Origin: an uncultured virus (IMG/VR IMGVR_UViG_3300042429_000720)
Lineage: Duplodnaviria; Heunggongvirae; Uroviricota; Caudoviricetes
Virus record (IMG/VR): IMGVR_UViG_3300042429_000720
Length of the DNA stretch: 64,000 nucleotides
Strand: one strand, 5' to 3'
Shown: positions 50,301-59,489 of the stretch, piece by piece
Layout: the number at the start of each line of letters is the position of its first letter
Position numbering within the stretch: position 1 is the first letter of the stretch
Made by a program: the position numbers and the translations under genes
The notes under the pieces: model-generated
Seen by the model: only the letters and a program-made list of their open reading frames with translations
What the model was told of the DNA's origin: nothing
Database searches by the model: none

Positions 50301-51771
50301 GGGAAATACAGGTGAAACATTATATGCTACCAGCTCTTTTATTTATAATCCAACCTTAAATAGATTATCTATTGGGGATGATCCTAATAGACAAATTTAC
50401 CTTTGGGGAGGTTCTCCCATTGTAACGGGCAGTACTGCCCTAGGTTTCTTTACTTTAGGAGACAATTCAGGCAATTATAATACAGCTGTAGGATATTTTT
50501 CTCAAAGAACAAACTACGGTAGAGAAAATACTACTTTAGGCGCTTTTACTTTAGAGCTCCCAGCCGCTGGTGAAAGTGTAGAAAGTATTAAAAATACTGT
50601 AGTAGGATATGGTGCTTTGCGAAATACTGGGGATAGTACAAATACTCTAGCTGTAGCTATAGGATATAATGCATTAGGAACTGGGGGATCTAATAAAGAT
50701 ATTGCTATTGGTAACAGTGCTTTAATTGCAGGAAATACTGTCCCAGCAGGTACTGGTAAAAATATAGCCATTGGAGATAATGCAATGGCTGGAGGAATTG
50801 CAAGTGATGGTGGTAATAATATTGCTATAGGAACTAGCACTCTCAGTACTCTTTTAGGCAACGTATCTAATAATATAGCTATAGGTAATTTAGCCGGTAG
50901 TAGTGTATCTAGTGGAGCCGATAATGTTTTCTTAGGTGCGGATGCAGGCAGAACTGTATCTACTGGAACTCATAATACTTTTTTAGGTACTGAAGCGGGG
51001 GAACTTGTGACTACAGGTATTACGAATACTTTTGTAGGTAGGAGCGCCGGAGTTTCTTTTACAACAGGTAATAATAATGTTGTAATTGGTGGGTTTGGTG
51101 GAGCTGCTACAGGATATGTTTCACAAAATTCAAATATTTTTATATCAGATGGAGCTGGTCAAGTAAGAATTTTTGCTACAGGTTCTACAGGTAATATTGG
51201 TATTGATACATTTACTCCAGCTTTTAAGGTAGATGTAAACGGTACTTTAGGAGCTGAATTATCTAGTACTTCTGATAATTCTAATATAGTATCTTGGAAT
51301 AGTGCTACAGATGAAGTACAGTACATTCCCAAAATAAGCGTAGATACTAACGCATATAATCCTAGTGGGAGCGGTGGAGTTAGTGATAAGACTTATCTGG
51401 TATTAAATGACGGATACAGTATTGATAACGAGATAGAGTACGGATATTTCGCCCGCTCGTCACTGGTTAACTCTCCTCCTACAACCTATACAGTTCTCAC
51501 TGTCCCTCAAACCACATACCACTCAGTAGTAATAGACTACACAACCTCAGATTCATCTTATGCGTTTACTAGATCGCAAAGGTTTATTTGTCATTGGGAT
51601 AACGGTAGTGGTATTTTCTATACTAATTCTGGAGCTCCAGATTTGGGATCTATAAATGCCTCTCATATACTAACTGGTGTTATCTCTGCCGGTAATATTC
51701 AAATAAGGTTAACTAATTACCTTTCAGGTGGTAGAATTATAGGAGATTATAAGCTCTTTAAGAAAATATAA
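47338..51771 (+). CDS. Large collagen-like virion fibre protein with NxAIG beta-roll repeats
   Basis: KGSRLTFTEMDSN start; two long G-X-Y tracts; NIAIG/NTFLG repeats. Confidence 0.85.
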   Translation: MAIILRQNTATNTGKGSRLTFTEMDSNLESFYISSSFANNTLILYTTGSVSHSVDLSSFGGNVDSGSFMASASAAGGVITFEKVDGSTFDVTVTNVASASKVNITNTSSSQGYYLVFAEATSGHQDLRADSSIVYNPDSNTLQTANLILTGDLTVQGTRTELQVTELNVEDKLITVASGSTTSAQADGAGIQIAGANQSVTWDHTNSRLKTSTDLGVTGTLNVSTVATDNALTDFVVLAGDGTLKKRTSIVGAQGVQGTTGTQGIQGITGTQGTQGTQGTQGTDGLQGIQGITGTQGTQGITGTQGTQGTQGTQGIQGIQGITGTQGVQGTTGTQGTDGLQGIQGITGTQGVQGITGIQGTQGTQGTQGTQGAQGITGTQGIQGVTGVQGTDGLQGTQGIQGITGTQGTQGIQGTYGVQGVQGVQGTDGSFGGATFDYTFDSTTTSGDPGQGKIRLSNSNENTSTQMYIDDLDDFGNDISSFMQTIDSVTSTVKGYARIANRTDATQYLLFQISNLTDNTGWWTIDITNQASSATSPFTNLEDITISFITTGDKGDTGPQGVQGTTGTQGTNGTQGIQGITGAQGIQGTTGTQGTDGTQGIQGITGTGLQGIQGTQGTNGTQGIQGITGAGTQGIQGTTGTQGNNGTQGIQGITGAGTQGIQGITGAQGTDGTQGIQGITGAGTQGTQGTTGTATQGIQGTQGTTGSATQGIQGIDGNQGIQGTTGTATQGIQGTQGTTGTATQGIQGTTGTATQGIQGTQGTTGTATQGIQGTTGTATQGIQGTQGTTGTATQGIQGTQGTTGTATQGIQGIIGSQGIQGTTGSATQGIQGTQGTTGTATQGTQGTQGTTGTATQGIQGTTGSATQGIQGTQGTTGTATQGIQGIQGTIGTATQGIQGTQGTTGTATQGIQGITGTQGTDGTQGIQGITGGQGTQGTTGTATQGIQGITGIQGTQGIQGPSNPNAISVDIANATGDVEYRSLLIDASGNTGETLYATSSFIYNPTLNRLSIGDDPNRQIYLWGGSPIVTGSTALGFFTLGDNSGNYNTAVGYFSQRTNYGRENTTLGAFTLELPAAGESVESIKNTVVGYGALRNTGDSTNTLAVAIGYNALGTGGSNKDIAIGNSALIAGNTVPAGTGKNIAIGDNAMAGGIASDGGNNIAIGTSTLSTLLGNVSNNIAIGNLAGSSVSSGADNVFLGADAGRTVSTGTHNTFLGTEAGELVTTGITNTFVGRSAGVSFTTGNNNVVIGGFGGAATGYVSQNSNIFISDGAGQVRIFATGSTGNIGIDTFTPAFKVDVNGTLGAELSSTSDNSNIVSWNSATDEVQYIPKISVDTNAYNPSGSGGVSDKTYLVLNDGYSIDNEIEYGYFARSSLVNSPPTTYTVLTVPQTTYHSVVIDYTTSDSSYAFTRSQRFICHWDNGSGIFYTNSGAPDLGSINASHILTGVISAGNIQIRLTNYLSGGRIIGDYKLFKKI
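48091..50220 (+). repeat. Collagen-coding repeats in two tracts (about 48091-48620 and 49001-50220)
   Basis: CAAGGTATTCAAGGT and GGAACTGCTACACAAGG units. Confidence 0.9.
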
Positions 51772-51782
51772 TATAAAACAAC

Positions 51783-52469
51783 ATGGGTAAATTTCAAGCA
51801 ACAGAAGGTATAACATCTATAGGAGCTGCTGAGTTTTCTTCTAGCCTGGCAACTACTACAACCGGAACTAGTATCTTTAATAACGATACTTTTCTAAGAG
51901 ATAATACATACTTCTCAGGTTCTACTTTTATAGGTCCGGCTGCTGCTTCTTATATGTCTAGTACAGACTGGGATAACCTAGCAGGGACAGTACTAGGAAC
52001 TACAACAGGAGGTAGAATAGGGTTTATGTACCCTTTTAACATATTTTCAGGTGGCAGACGAATTTATTTAGGAGCAGGAAACCAAGTTATAGGAAGTACT
52101 TCAGGATTAGGTTGGGATAGGTTAAACGGAGGATTGTGGGAGTTTTATATCAATAGCGTGAGCACCACAATAGACTTAGATACTACAACCTTAGCTACAG
52201 CAGGTATGAACTTTGCTAGCTTTACATTCATTACTACCCAGCAAAATCCAGTAGGTCTTAGAGCTAGAGCGGTTTGGGCAAGTGGTGCTGCATGGACTAC
52301 TCGTTGGACCGGGACAGTTTCTACTGCTAACTATGCCTACGAGAACACTGTAACTATGACATCTAACGTATATGCTTCGGATAAATACCCAGACTACACA
52401 GGAATTACTCACGTAATTGTAGACTCCTCAGATAGAAGAATTACACTACACTCAACTAACTGGTCTTAA
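51783..52469 (+). CDS. Hypothetical virion-associated protein
   Basis: Thr/Ser/Gly-rich 228-aa ORF after the fibre gene. Confidence 0.55.
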   Translation: MGKFQATEGITSIGAAEFSSSLATTTTGTSIFNNDTFLRDNTYFSGSTFIGPAAASYMSSTDWDNLAGTVLGTTTGGRIGFMYPFNIFSGGRRIYLGAGNQVIGSTSGLGWDRLNGGLWEFYINSVSTTIDLDTTTLATAGMNFASFTFITTQQNPVGLRARAVWASGAAWTTRWTGTVSTANYAYENTVTMTSNVYASDKYPDYTGITHVIVDSSDRRITLHSTNWS

Positions 52470-52480
52470 ATAATCAAGCT

Positions 52481-52669
52481 ATGTCAACTAATACGATATA
52501 CCAACTAAGTTTAAAAGATTGGCCAATAGGATCAGATGGTCAAATCAATAAAAATCACACAGATATAGTCACCTTTTCTTCTATAGAAGAAGCTAATGCT
52601 TTTATTGAAGCTAGCGGTTCAGAAGGAACATATAATATACAGGCCTTTATAGTAAAAACAGCCGAATAG
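52481..52669 (+). CDS. Hypothetical protein
   Basis: 62-aa ORF. Confidence 0.5.
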   Translation: MSTNTIYQLSLKDWPIGSDGQINKNHTDIVTFSSIEEANAFIEASGSEGTYNIQAFIVKTAE

Positions 52670-52700
52670 TTGTAGATTCAACTATTTATTCTTATATTGT
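52670..52700 (+). promoter_or_regulatory. Bacteroidetes-type promoter (TTG-N20-TATATT)
   Basis: TTG at 52670-52672 and TATATT at 52693; same spacing at about 11 other sites. Confidence 0.7.
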
Positions 52701-52702
52701 AT

Positions 52703-52735
52703 AGGTGTCGTAGCACCACCTTAAAAAAACACTAA
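52703..52735 (+). ncRNA. preQ1 class I-like riboswitch aptamer
   Basis: P1 AGGTG/CACCT, loop TCGTAGCAC, tail T-A7-C-ACTAA; upstream of ORF-queD-queE. Confidence 0.75.
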
Positions 52736-52736
52736 T

Positions 52737-53012
52737 ATGGCAAAAAAGCAGTTATTGACTGAACCGGTCCTTCCTAAGGACAGTATTATCAATCCCGAAC
52801 TCTACCACAAGGTAAAAGGGACCAATTCTAAGATTGATACCAAGTTTAAGCACTTGGAGAAGATGCCTGATCAAAAATGGCATCAAATTATTTCTTTTAT
52901 TAAATCTGGCGTTCGAATTGTAGGCTACGGAATCATTCCTTTTGATTTGGTAGCAGCTGCAATCGTTCTTATATTTAGTGAAGTAATCGGTATTATTGAA
53001 GAATTAGTATGA
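52737..53012 (+). CDS. Small membrane protein preceding queD
   Basis: Hydrophobic C-terminal half; ATGA-coupled to queD. Confidence 0.6.
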   Translation: MAKKQLLTEPVLPKDSIINPELYHKVKGTNSKIDTKFKHLEKMPDQKWHQIISFIKSGVRIVGYGIIPFDLVAAAIVLIFSEVIGIIEELV

Positions 53013-53473
53013 GCACATTTAGATCAACAAAAGTATTTGATGGTTACTCAACAGTATTCCGTCAATGGAAAGCCGAAGGAACACACTGCAGATTCCTTCA
53101 CGGCTATGGAGTAAGTTTAAAAGTATGGTTCGAAGGTGAACTTGACGAACGTAACTGGGTATGGGATTTCGGAGGTATGAAACGTGCTACTGGAACTATT
53201 GACGGTATGAATCCTAAAGCATGGATGGATCATATGCTCGACCATACTACAATTATTGCAGAAGATGATCCGTATCTTTCTTACTTCCAGAATATGTACA
53301 CAGAAGGTATGATTCAATTACGAGTTATTCCAGCTACTGGAGCAGAGCGTTTTGCAGAGTATTTCTACAATAAACTGAATACATTTATTCAAGAAGAAAC
53401 AGATAATCGTGTTAAAGTAGTTCAAGTTGAATTTCGTGAGCACGAAAAGAACACAGCATTTTATAAAGGTTAA
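53009..53473 (+). CDS. queD: 6-carboxy-5,6,7,8-tetrahydropterin synthase
   Basis: CRFLHGY, WVWDFG, LDHT, GAERFA; adjacent to queE. Confidence 0.88.
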   Translation: MSTFRSTKVFDGYSTVFRQWKAEGTHCRFLHGYGVSLKVWFEGELDERNWVWDFGGMKRATGTIDGMNPKAWMDHMLDHTTIIAEDDPYLSYFQNMYTEGMIQLRVIPATGAERFAEYFYNKLNTFIQEETDNRVKVVQVEFREHEKNTAFYKG

Positions 53474-53475
53474 TT

Positions 53476-54258
53476 ATGCCATTAGGAAGAATAGAAGATT
53501 ATAGTAAAGTTCTACCGATTGTAGAGCTTTACACTTGCATCCAGTCAGAAGGCAGCCGTGCCGGCCGTCCTACTGTTGCAGTCCGTACTACAGGCTGTAC
53601 CCACCGCTGCTACTTCGGAGAAGGCGGATGGTGTGATAGCTGGTACACTTCAATCCATCCGGAGAAAGGTAAATACACTTTCCAGGATATTATCAACATT
53701 TACGATCAGAATCCTGAAATTAAGGAGATGATGCTGACGGGCGGTTCACCGACCATGCACCCTAAGCTTGTAAATGAACTAACTCACTTTGCAAATGAAA
53801 GGCAAATTATCATCACAATCGAAACAGAAGGGTCTGCTTTCCTCGAAACAGATCATCCTATTGGGCTTATATCTTTCAGCCCTAAATTTAGCAACAGCGT
53901 GCCTGTACTTGGGACTACTACACCTCTTGGGGATATTGTAGACGAGAAACTTATCAAGACTCACAACCGTTACCGTCTCAATAAAGAGTCGATTGCTAAG
54001 TCAATGACTTACCATTCGGACTACCATATGAAGGTAGTAGTAAACCCAGTGGAGGACCCTCAGACATGGGCAGAGATTAAGTCTTTCCTAGATGAACTAC
54101 AGGTACCTAAGCATAAGATTTGGATCATGCCTCCGGGGGATAATCGTCAGGAACTTATCCGAGTTTACCCAGCGGTAATTCAATGGTGTACAGACAATAT
54201 GTACAACTTCACCGGCCGTGAACACATCATTGCTTTTGATACTAAAAGAGAAGTTTAA
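53476..54258 (+). CDS. queE: 7-carboxy-7-deazaguanine synthase (radical SAM)
   Basis: IQSEG..AG.P...VRTTGCTHRC..CDS, LTGGSP, IETEG, SPK. Confidence 0.9.
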   Translation: MPLGRIEDYSKVLPIVELYTCIQSEGSRAGRPTVAVRTTGCTHRCYFGEGGWCDSWYTSIHPEKGKYTFQDIINIYDQNPEIKEMMLTGGSPTMHPKLVNELTHFANERQIIITIETEGSAFLETDHPIGLISFSPKFSNSVPVLGTTTPLGDIVDEKLIKTHNRYRLNKESIAKSMTYHSDYHMKVVVNPVEDPQTWAEIKSFLDELQVPKHKIWIMPPGDNRQELIRVYPAVIQWCTDNMYNFTGREHIIAFDTKREV

Positions 54259-54612
54259 TGTCTTTCGTCATTCTTAAGCATACTAGCATCCAAGGAACCC
54301 CTCGTACTATCATCGTGAATGATAGCGAGGGTATTGCTATGGAATTTGAATCTGCAGATGCTGCTTTGAAACTAGCAGAGATCTTTCAAGCCAATACTAC
54401 CTCAGGAAATATTTACGAAGTAAAACAGTTAAAATAATGCCACACGGATATCTAGCAAACCTACATCAGTTGTGGGCTCTTGGCGTTCTTGAGCCAGCAG
54501 GCGTTATCGCCGCTATACATCCTTACGGGTACAAACTAAACTACCTTACCTTAAATGGGATCGGAGTAGGAAAAGAAAACGAAAGGTTTGAGTTCAAGTA
54601 CAGAGAATAGTA

Positions 54613-54804
54613 ATGACATTAGGACAGGTTATAACAGTAGGAGATGATTGGTACCAGGTTATTAGAACAGTTAGAGAAGGTCGTGAATGGGATGTTGAAC
54701 TTCTTAAACAGTACTGGTTTTGTTCGCATACCTTCCGTAAGGATGGTTTACTCTATTTTTGCCGAGCGATTGAAAAAGTTGAATTTGAAGAAATAACAGA
54801 GTGA
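54613..54804 (+). CDS. Hypothetical protein
   Basis: 63-aa ORF; two further small ORFs at 54258-54437 and 54437-54610 fill the gap. Confidence 0.5.
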   Translation: MTLGQVITVGDDWYQVIRTVREGREWDVELLKQYWFCSHTFRKDGLLYFCRAIEKVEFEEITE

Positions 54805-55475
54805 TTGCAATACTAGGAGGAACAGGGTTGCTGGGAAAAGAGTTACAAAAGCTAGATTCTTCCTTAGTCTGTACGGGCCGGGAAATTGATATTACTAACT
54901 TTAAAGAAGTCTTCTACTACCTTAATAAAGTAAACCCGGATACTGTAGTCAACGCAGCTGCAATAACAAATTCCATAGAGGTTTCTGAGAATCCTATTCC
55001 TGCTATAGACGTTAATATTATAGGTGCTGCTAATATAGCTAAGTACTGTCAGCAATATGGTAAGAGATTGGTATATATTAGCACAGACTACGTCTATCCC
55101 GGAACTGGTAACCATGTAGAGGATGATGCTCTATACCCAAATAACGAATATGCGTGGACTAAATTAGGGGGAGAATGTTCTTCTAGATTGGTGAAAGATC
55201 ATTGTATAATTCGTACTAGTTTTGGAAGTAGAAAATTTCCTTATCCTGCTGCATATATAAATTTATTTACAAGTAAAGAATACGTAGGTGTGCTTGCTCC
55301 TCAAATCTTAAAAATTATACAGAGTAAACTTAACGGAATTGTAAATGTAGGAGGTTACAGAAAAAGTTCATATATTTACGCATCACAGTACAGCAAGGTT
55401 GACAAAATTCAATTAGAACATAGTAAAGATTTTAGCCTAAACACAGCAAAATATAATGAGAATTTCCCAGAGTGA
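54801..55475 (+). CDS. RmlD-like NAD(P)-dependent sugar reductase
   Basis: GGTGLLG, NAAA, ISTDYVY, YAWTK, IIRT. Confidence 0.85.
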   Translation: MIAILGGTGLLGKELQKLDSSLVCTGREIDITNFKEVFYYLNKVNPDTVVNAAAITNSIEVSENPIPAIDVNIIGAANIAKYCQQYGKRLVYISTDYVYPGTGNHVEDDALYPNNEYAWTKLGGECSSRLVKDHCIIRTSFGSRKFPYPAAYINLFTSKEYVGVLAPQILKIIQSKLNGIVNVGGYRKSSYIYASQYSKVDKIQLEHSKDFSLNTAKYNENFPE

Positions 55476-56688
55476 TTCATGCCCGATAACCGGAACTTCA
55501 GAAAGACTTAAGTACTTTTCTCTAGGCGAAATGCCGCTTGTTAATAATCTTGCCGATACTTTAGAAGAATCTTTAACCTGCAAAAAGATTCCTTTAGAAC
55601 TAAACTATTTTGCAGAATCAAAACTTACTGCTTTAACTACTTTTGTAGACAGTCAGTCTTTGTTTAGTAACTACCTTTACAAGTCTGGAGTTAACACTCC
55701 CTACATTTCTCATAGTAGAAAAATGTTCAAAGATGTACGGAAGCTCTTACAACTTAAAGACCAGGACCTTATTGTAGACATTGGAGGTAATGATGGAACA
55801 CTTCTTAAAACTTTTCGAGAAACTTCTAAAACATCCCTACAGTACCTAAATATTGATGGTTCTGAAAACATCACACAGTACTCTAAAGAACAGGGAATTA
55901 ATACACTCTGCGAGTTTTTTAATGAAGATACCCCTACCCGAGTTAAAACTTTAGCCAAAGTTGTTGTATCCACAAATGTTTTTCAACATTTACAGGATAC
56001 TAATTCTTTTGTTAGAGGGGTAAAAAAACTTCTACAATCAGACGGTGTATGGGTACTAGAATTTCCGTACTGGCTTCATGATATGAAGACCAAGCAATTT
56101 GACCAGGTGTACCATGAGCATATGTACTACTACACAGTTACTCCGCTAGTAGCAATGATGCAAAAACACGAGTTGGAAGTTTTACGAGTAGTTCCTCAAA
56201 AAATACATGGAGGTACTTTGCGTCTAATCATAGGGCATTTAGGAGGTAATCAACACCTAAAAGATAGTAGTGTAGAAGTTTACCTAAAGAGAGAATCTAA
56301 ACTTACACCCAAGTTCTACCAGCAGTGGGGAGCAAAAATTAAACAGCATTTGGTATCCTGTGAGAGTGAACTAAAGTACCTAAAAGGTAAAGGTAAGACC
56401 CTGGTAGGATTTGCTGCAAGTGCTAAGGGATGTGTCTTTCTAAACAGTGCCGGGATAGATTGTAAAGTACTTGATTTCATTATCGATGATACTGATATAA
56501 AACAAGGCAAATTTATGCCGGGTACCGGACTAGAAATTAAAGGGAGAGGAGATGTAGATTTTGAACAAATTGATTACATTCTTATACTCTCTCATAATTT
56601 TAGTGATCATATCATAAAAAGTCTTAAAGACGAAGGATATGAAGGTAAGTTTGTTGTGTGTTTACCTTCTTATAAAGTACTATCATGA
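55456..56688 (+). CDS. NDP-hexose C-methyltransferase-like protein
   Basis: LGEMPLVN, DIGGNDG, FDQVYHEH, IHGGTLR, FAASAKG, KQGKFMPG. Confidence 0.85.
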   Translation: MRISQSDSCPITGTSERLKYFSLGEMPLVNNLADTLEESLTCKKIPLELNYFAESKLTALTTFVDSQSLFSNYLYKSGVNTPYISHSRKMFKDVRKLLQLKDQDLIVDIGGNDGTLLKTFRETSKTSLQYLNIDGSENITQYSKEQGINTLCEFFNEDTPTRVKTLAKVVVSTNVFQHLQDTNSFVRGVKKLLQSDGVWVLEFPYWLHDMKTKQFDQVYHEHMYYYTVTPLVAMMQKHELEVLRVVPQKIHGGTLRLIIGHLGGNQHLKDSSVEVYLKRESKLTPKFYQQWGAKIKQHLVSCESELKYLKGKGKTLVGFAASAKGCVFLNSAGIDCKVLDFIIDDTDIKQGKFMPGTGLEIKGRGDVDFEQIDYILILSHNFSDHIIKSLKDEGYEGKFVVCLPSYKVLS

Positions 56689-57461
56689 ATTCAATCCCAG
56701 TAATAGGAACAGCAATTGTAAACACGCCCTACTGGCTATACCGGCTGATTGCTAGTGTAGACTACCCGGTGGATAACTTTGTTATCTTTAATAACAACGG
56801 TCGAGGAGAAATCACAGAAGAGCTTGACAATCTAGCTAAACTCTCTCATAAGTTTATTAAGAAAATTACAGTATGCCACTTACCTGCTAATCTAGGTGTG
56901 CCTGGAGCATTTAACCTTATTATAAAAAGTTATATAAATTCTCCTAGCTGGTTGATAGTAAACTACGATGTAGCTTTTGGACCAGGCTTCTTAAAAGAGA
57001 TGGCAGAGAAAGCTTCTGACCCGGAAGTAGGAATGGTACATGGTAAAGCAGGTGATTTTGATTTACCGAGCTGGGATGTATTCCTAATTAAAGACTGGGT
57101 AGTACAGCAGTACGGACTCTTTGACGAAAACTTAACCCCAGCTTACTGCGAAGATGCAGATTATTTTATGAGATTTGTGCATAGGCCTATAAAAGTAGTA
57201 AAGCAGCTAGACAGTATTTATTACCACGGCCCTGGTGTAGATTACTACGAACACGGAAGTCAAACCAAAAAAGGAGAACCTGCACTAGCAGCAAAATTAG
57301 ATCAGGTTAACGAAATAAATTTTGAATATATGTTTAAAAAGTGGGGTGAAGGTTGGAGATGGGTAAACCCACTACCTACACCTTTTGATATAGAAGGAAC
57401 TCCTATCTCAACAACTACTTTTGATTTAGAATTTGTACGCAAAAAACATTTAGGCTTTTAA
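56685..57461 (+). CDS. Glycosyltransferase family 2-like
   Basis: NLGVPGAFN, IVNYDV, GLFDENLTPAYCEDADY. Confidence 0.8.
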   Translation: MNSIPVIGTAIVNTPYWLYRLIASVDYPVDNFVIFNNNGRGEITEELDNLAKLSHKFIKKITVCHLPANLGVPGAFNLIIKSYINSPSWLIVNYDVAFGPGFLKEMAEKASDPEVGMVHGKAGDFDLPSWDVFLIKDWVVQQYGLFDENLTPAYCEDADYFMRFVHRPIKVVKQLDSIYYHGPGVDYYEHGSQTKKGEPALAAKLDQVNEINFEYMFKKWGEGWRWVNPLPTPFDIEGTPISTTTFDLEFVRKKHLGF

Positions 57462-57462
57462 T

Positions 57463-58137
57463 ATGGACGAATATACTTTATACGACGCTGAACCGGATTC
57501 ACAGTGGGGAATCATTACAGGAAATTTAGCACAACACAACCCTCAGCAGAATCCACGATTCTGGGTGGTTGATAATTTTTATAAGAATCCCGACCAAATT
57601 AGGGAGTACGGTCTCTCGCAAGTATACTTTGAGGGGGAAGGAGCAGTGGGTTGGAGAACCCGTAAGCAGTTCCTTTTTGATGGACTCAAAGAGCAGTTTG
57701 AAAAAATTACAAACAAGAAGATTTTAGATCATACCCCGGAAGGAACCGGCTGGTACGATGTAGGTATTAACGGACGCTTCCAGGCCTGTGAAGCAGGAAC
57801 TAAGACGGTATTTCACTGCGATAGCCAGCAATGGGCTGCAGTTCTCTATCTAACTCCAGATGCTCCTCCCCAGAGCGGTACTAGCTTCTACCGACATAAG
57901 GAGACTAAAGTTAGACATAGTTCTGAGATTGCTTGGGGTACCGGGGAAGAACTGGCCACATTTAATCAAAAGACCTTTGTTGATCCTACTCCTTTTGAGA
58001 GAGTAGATACAGTTGGTAACGTTTATAACAGGCTTGTTATTTTTGATGGAAAGCTTATTCACTCCGGTAATGATTACTTTGGATGGGATATTCCTTCTAG
58101 CAGGTTCTTTCAAATTTTCTTTTTTGATGTTGAGTAA
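57463..58137 (+). CDS. 2OG-Fe(II) oxygenase-like protein
   Basis: VVDNFY, HCD, AVLYLTP, GTSFY, NRLVIFD...H, R-x-x-Q. Confidence 0.75.
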   Translation: MDEYTLYDAEPDSQWGIITGNLAQHNPQQNPRFWVVDNFYKNPDQIREYGLSQVYFEGEGAVGWRTRKQFLFDGLKEQFEKITNKKILDHTPEGTGWYDVGINGRFQACEAGTKTVFHCDSQQWAAVLYLTPDAPPQSGTSFYRHKETKVRHSSEIAWGTGEELATFNQKTFVDPTPFERVDTVGNVYNRLVIFDGKLIHSGNDYFGWDIPSSRFFQIFFFDVE

Positions 58138-58492
58138 AGTTTTTTTAATTGACATCGACGGTACAATCTGCGATGATATCAAGAACGAAGAAAGCCACCT
58201 GTACCCGGCCGCTAACCCTTTGCCCAATGCTAGGGATATTATCAATAAATGGTACGATGAAGGTAGCGTAATTACTTTCTTTACTGCCCGAGAATCCAAA
58301 GATAGAGCAGTAACAGAGGAGTGGCTTCACCGCCACGGTTTCAAGTACCACGGGCTTGTAATGGACAAGCCTAGAATTAAAGATGGACAGGAGTATGTCT
58401 GGATTGATAACAGGAAAGTTAGAGCAATCACCTATCTTGGTACTTGGTCCGAACTAACAGAAGTAGATGCAAGAATACAAACCTTTCAGTAA
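58127..58492 (+). CDS. HAD-superfamily phosphatase-like protein
   Basis: IDIDGT, FTAR, MDKP, WIDN; start moved to the in-frame ATG 58127. Confidence 0.8.
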   Translation: MLSKVFLIDIDGTICDDIKNEESHLYPAANPLPNARDIINKWYDEGSVITFFTARESKDRAVTEEWLHRHGFKYHGLVMDKPRIKDGQEYVWIDNRKVRAITYLGTWSELTEVDARIQTFQ

Positions 58493-59487
58493 TGAACAAC
58501 TTAGATAAAGCATACCAGGCACTCCTACAGGACATCCTAGATAACGGAGTGAAAAAGGAAGACAGAACAGGTACTGGAACTATCTCAGTATTTGGTCGTC
58601 AAATTAGACATAAAATGTCCGAAGGTTATCCTTTGCTTACTATCAAGAAAATGGCATTCAAGACTATGGTAACTGAGTTACTATGGTTTTTGAAAGGAGA
58701 TACCAATATCAAGTATTTGGTTGAGAATGGATGTAACATATGGACTGGGGATGCTTATAAGAATTATTCAAGTAAAGTTCAACCATGGGAACCTCATTCA
58801 GATCTGAATCATTTCATTGAACGAATCAAAACTGATGATAAGTTTGCTAAGAAGTGGGGTGAATTAGGTCCAATTTACGGTAAGCAATGGAGAGCATTTG
58901 ATGAAGAGGAATGGGGTGGTATAGACCAAATCCAAAACCTAATTAACGACCTCAAAACAAACCCAGACTCAAGACGATTAATGGTTACAGCTTGGAATCC
59001 ATCCTATCAGCATCAAATGGTTCTTCCGCCTTGTCATTATGGATTTCAAGTCTATACTCGTGAATTACATTTGGATGAGCGAATTGACATTTATAATGGT
59101 GATAGAATTCCCATGAATCAAAGTAGCGATTATTTTCACGAGCATATGGATGCTTACGGTATTCCTCGTAGAGCAATCTCTTTAATGTGGAATCAACGTT
59201 CAGTAGATACATTCTTAGGTTTACCTTTCAATATTGCCTCTTACGGACTATTGCTTGAAATGATTGCTAAAGAAGTAAACATGGTACCTGACGAATTGAT
59301 TGGTAATTTAGGAGATGTTCATTTGTATTCAAATCACATTGAACAAGCAAAAGAACAAATCACTAGAAAGCCAATGACATTACCTACAGTAGAGATAACA
59401 GAACTAAATTTGTTGGAAGGTAGTGTATCGGTAGAACTAAAAAATTATATTCACCACGACCCAATTAAAGCACCTTTATCAAATTAA
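58492..59487 (+). CDS. thyA: Thymidylate synthase
   Basis: DRTGTGT, ELLWFL, GPIYGKQW, SRRL, LPPCH, QRSVD.FLGLPFNIASY. Confidence 0.96.
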   Translation: MNNLDKAYQALLQDILDNGVKKEDRTGTGTISVFGRQIRHKMSEGYPLLTIKKMAFKTMVTELLWFLKGDTNIKYLVENGCNIWTGDAYKNYSSKVQPWEPHSDLNHFIERIKTDDKFAKKWGELGPIYGKQWRAFDEEEWGGIDQIQNLINDLKTNPDSRRLMVTAWNPSYQHQMVLPPCHYGFQVYTRELHLDERIDIYNGDRIPMNQSSDYFHEHMDAYGIPRRAISLMWNQRSVDTFLGLPFNIASYGLLLEMIAKEVNMVPDELIGNLGDVHLYSNHIEQAKEQITRKPMTLPTVEITELNLLEGSVSVELKNYIHHDPIKAPLSN

Positions 59488-59489
59488 TT

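Noticed and set aside
52703..52730. The aptamer-like hairpins as simple reverse-strand terminators
   Set aside because: Stems are short, no convergent gene exists, and loop sequence and spacing to ATG are conserved specifically before deazaguanine genes; not fully excluded without experiment
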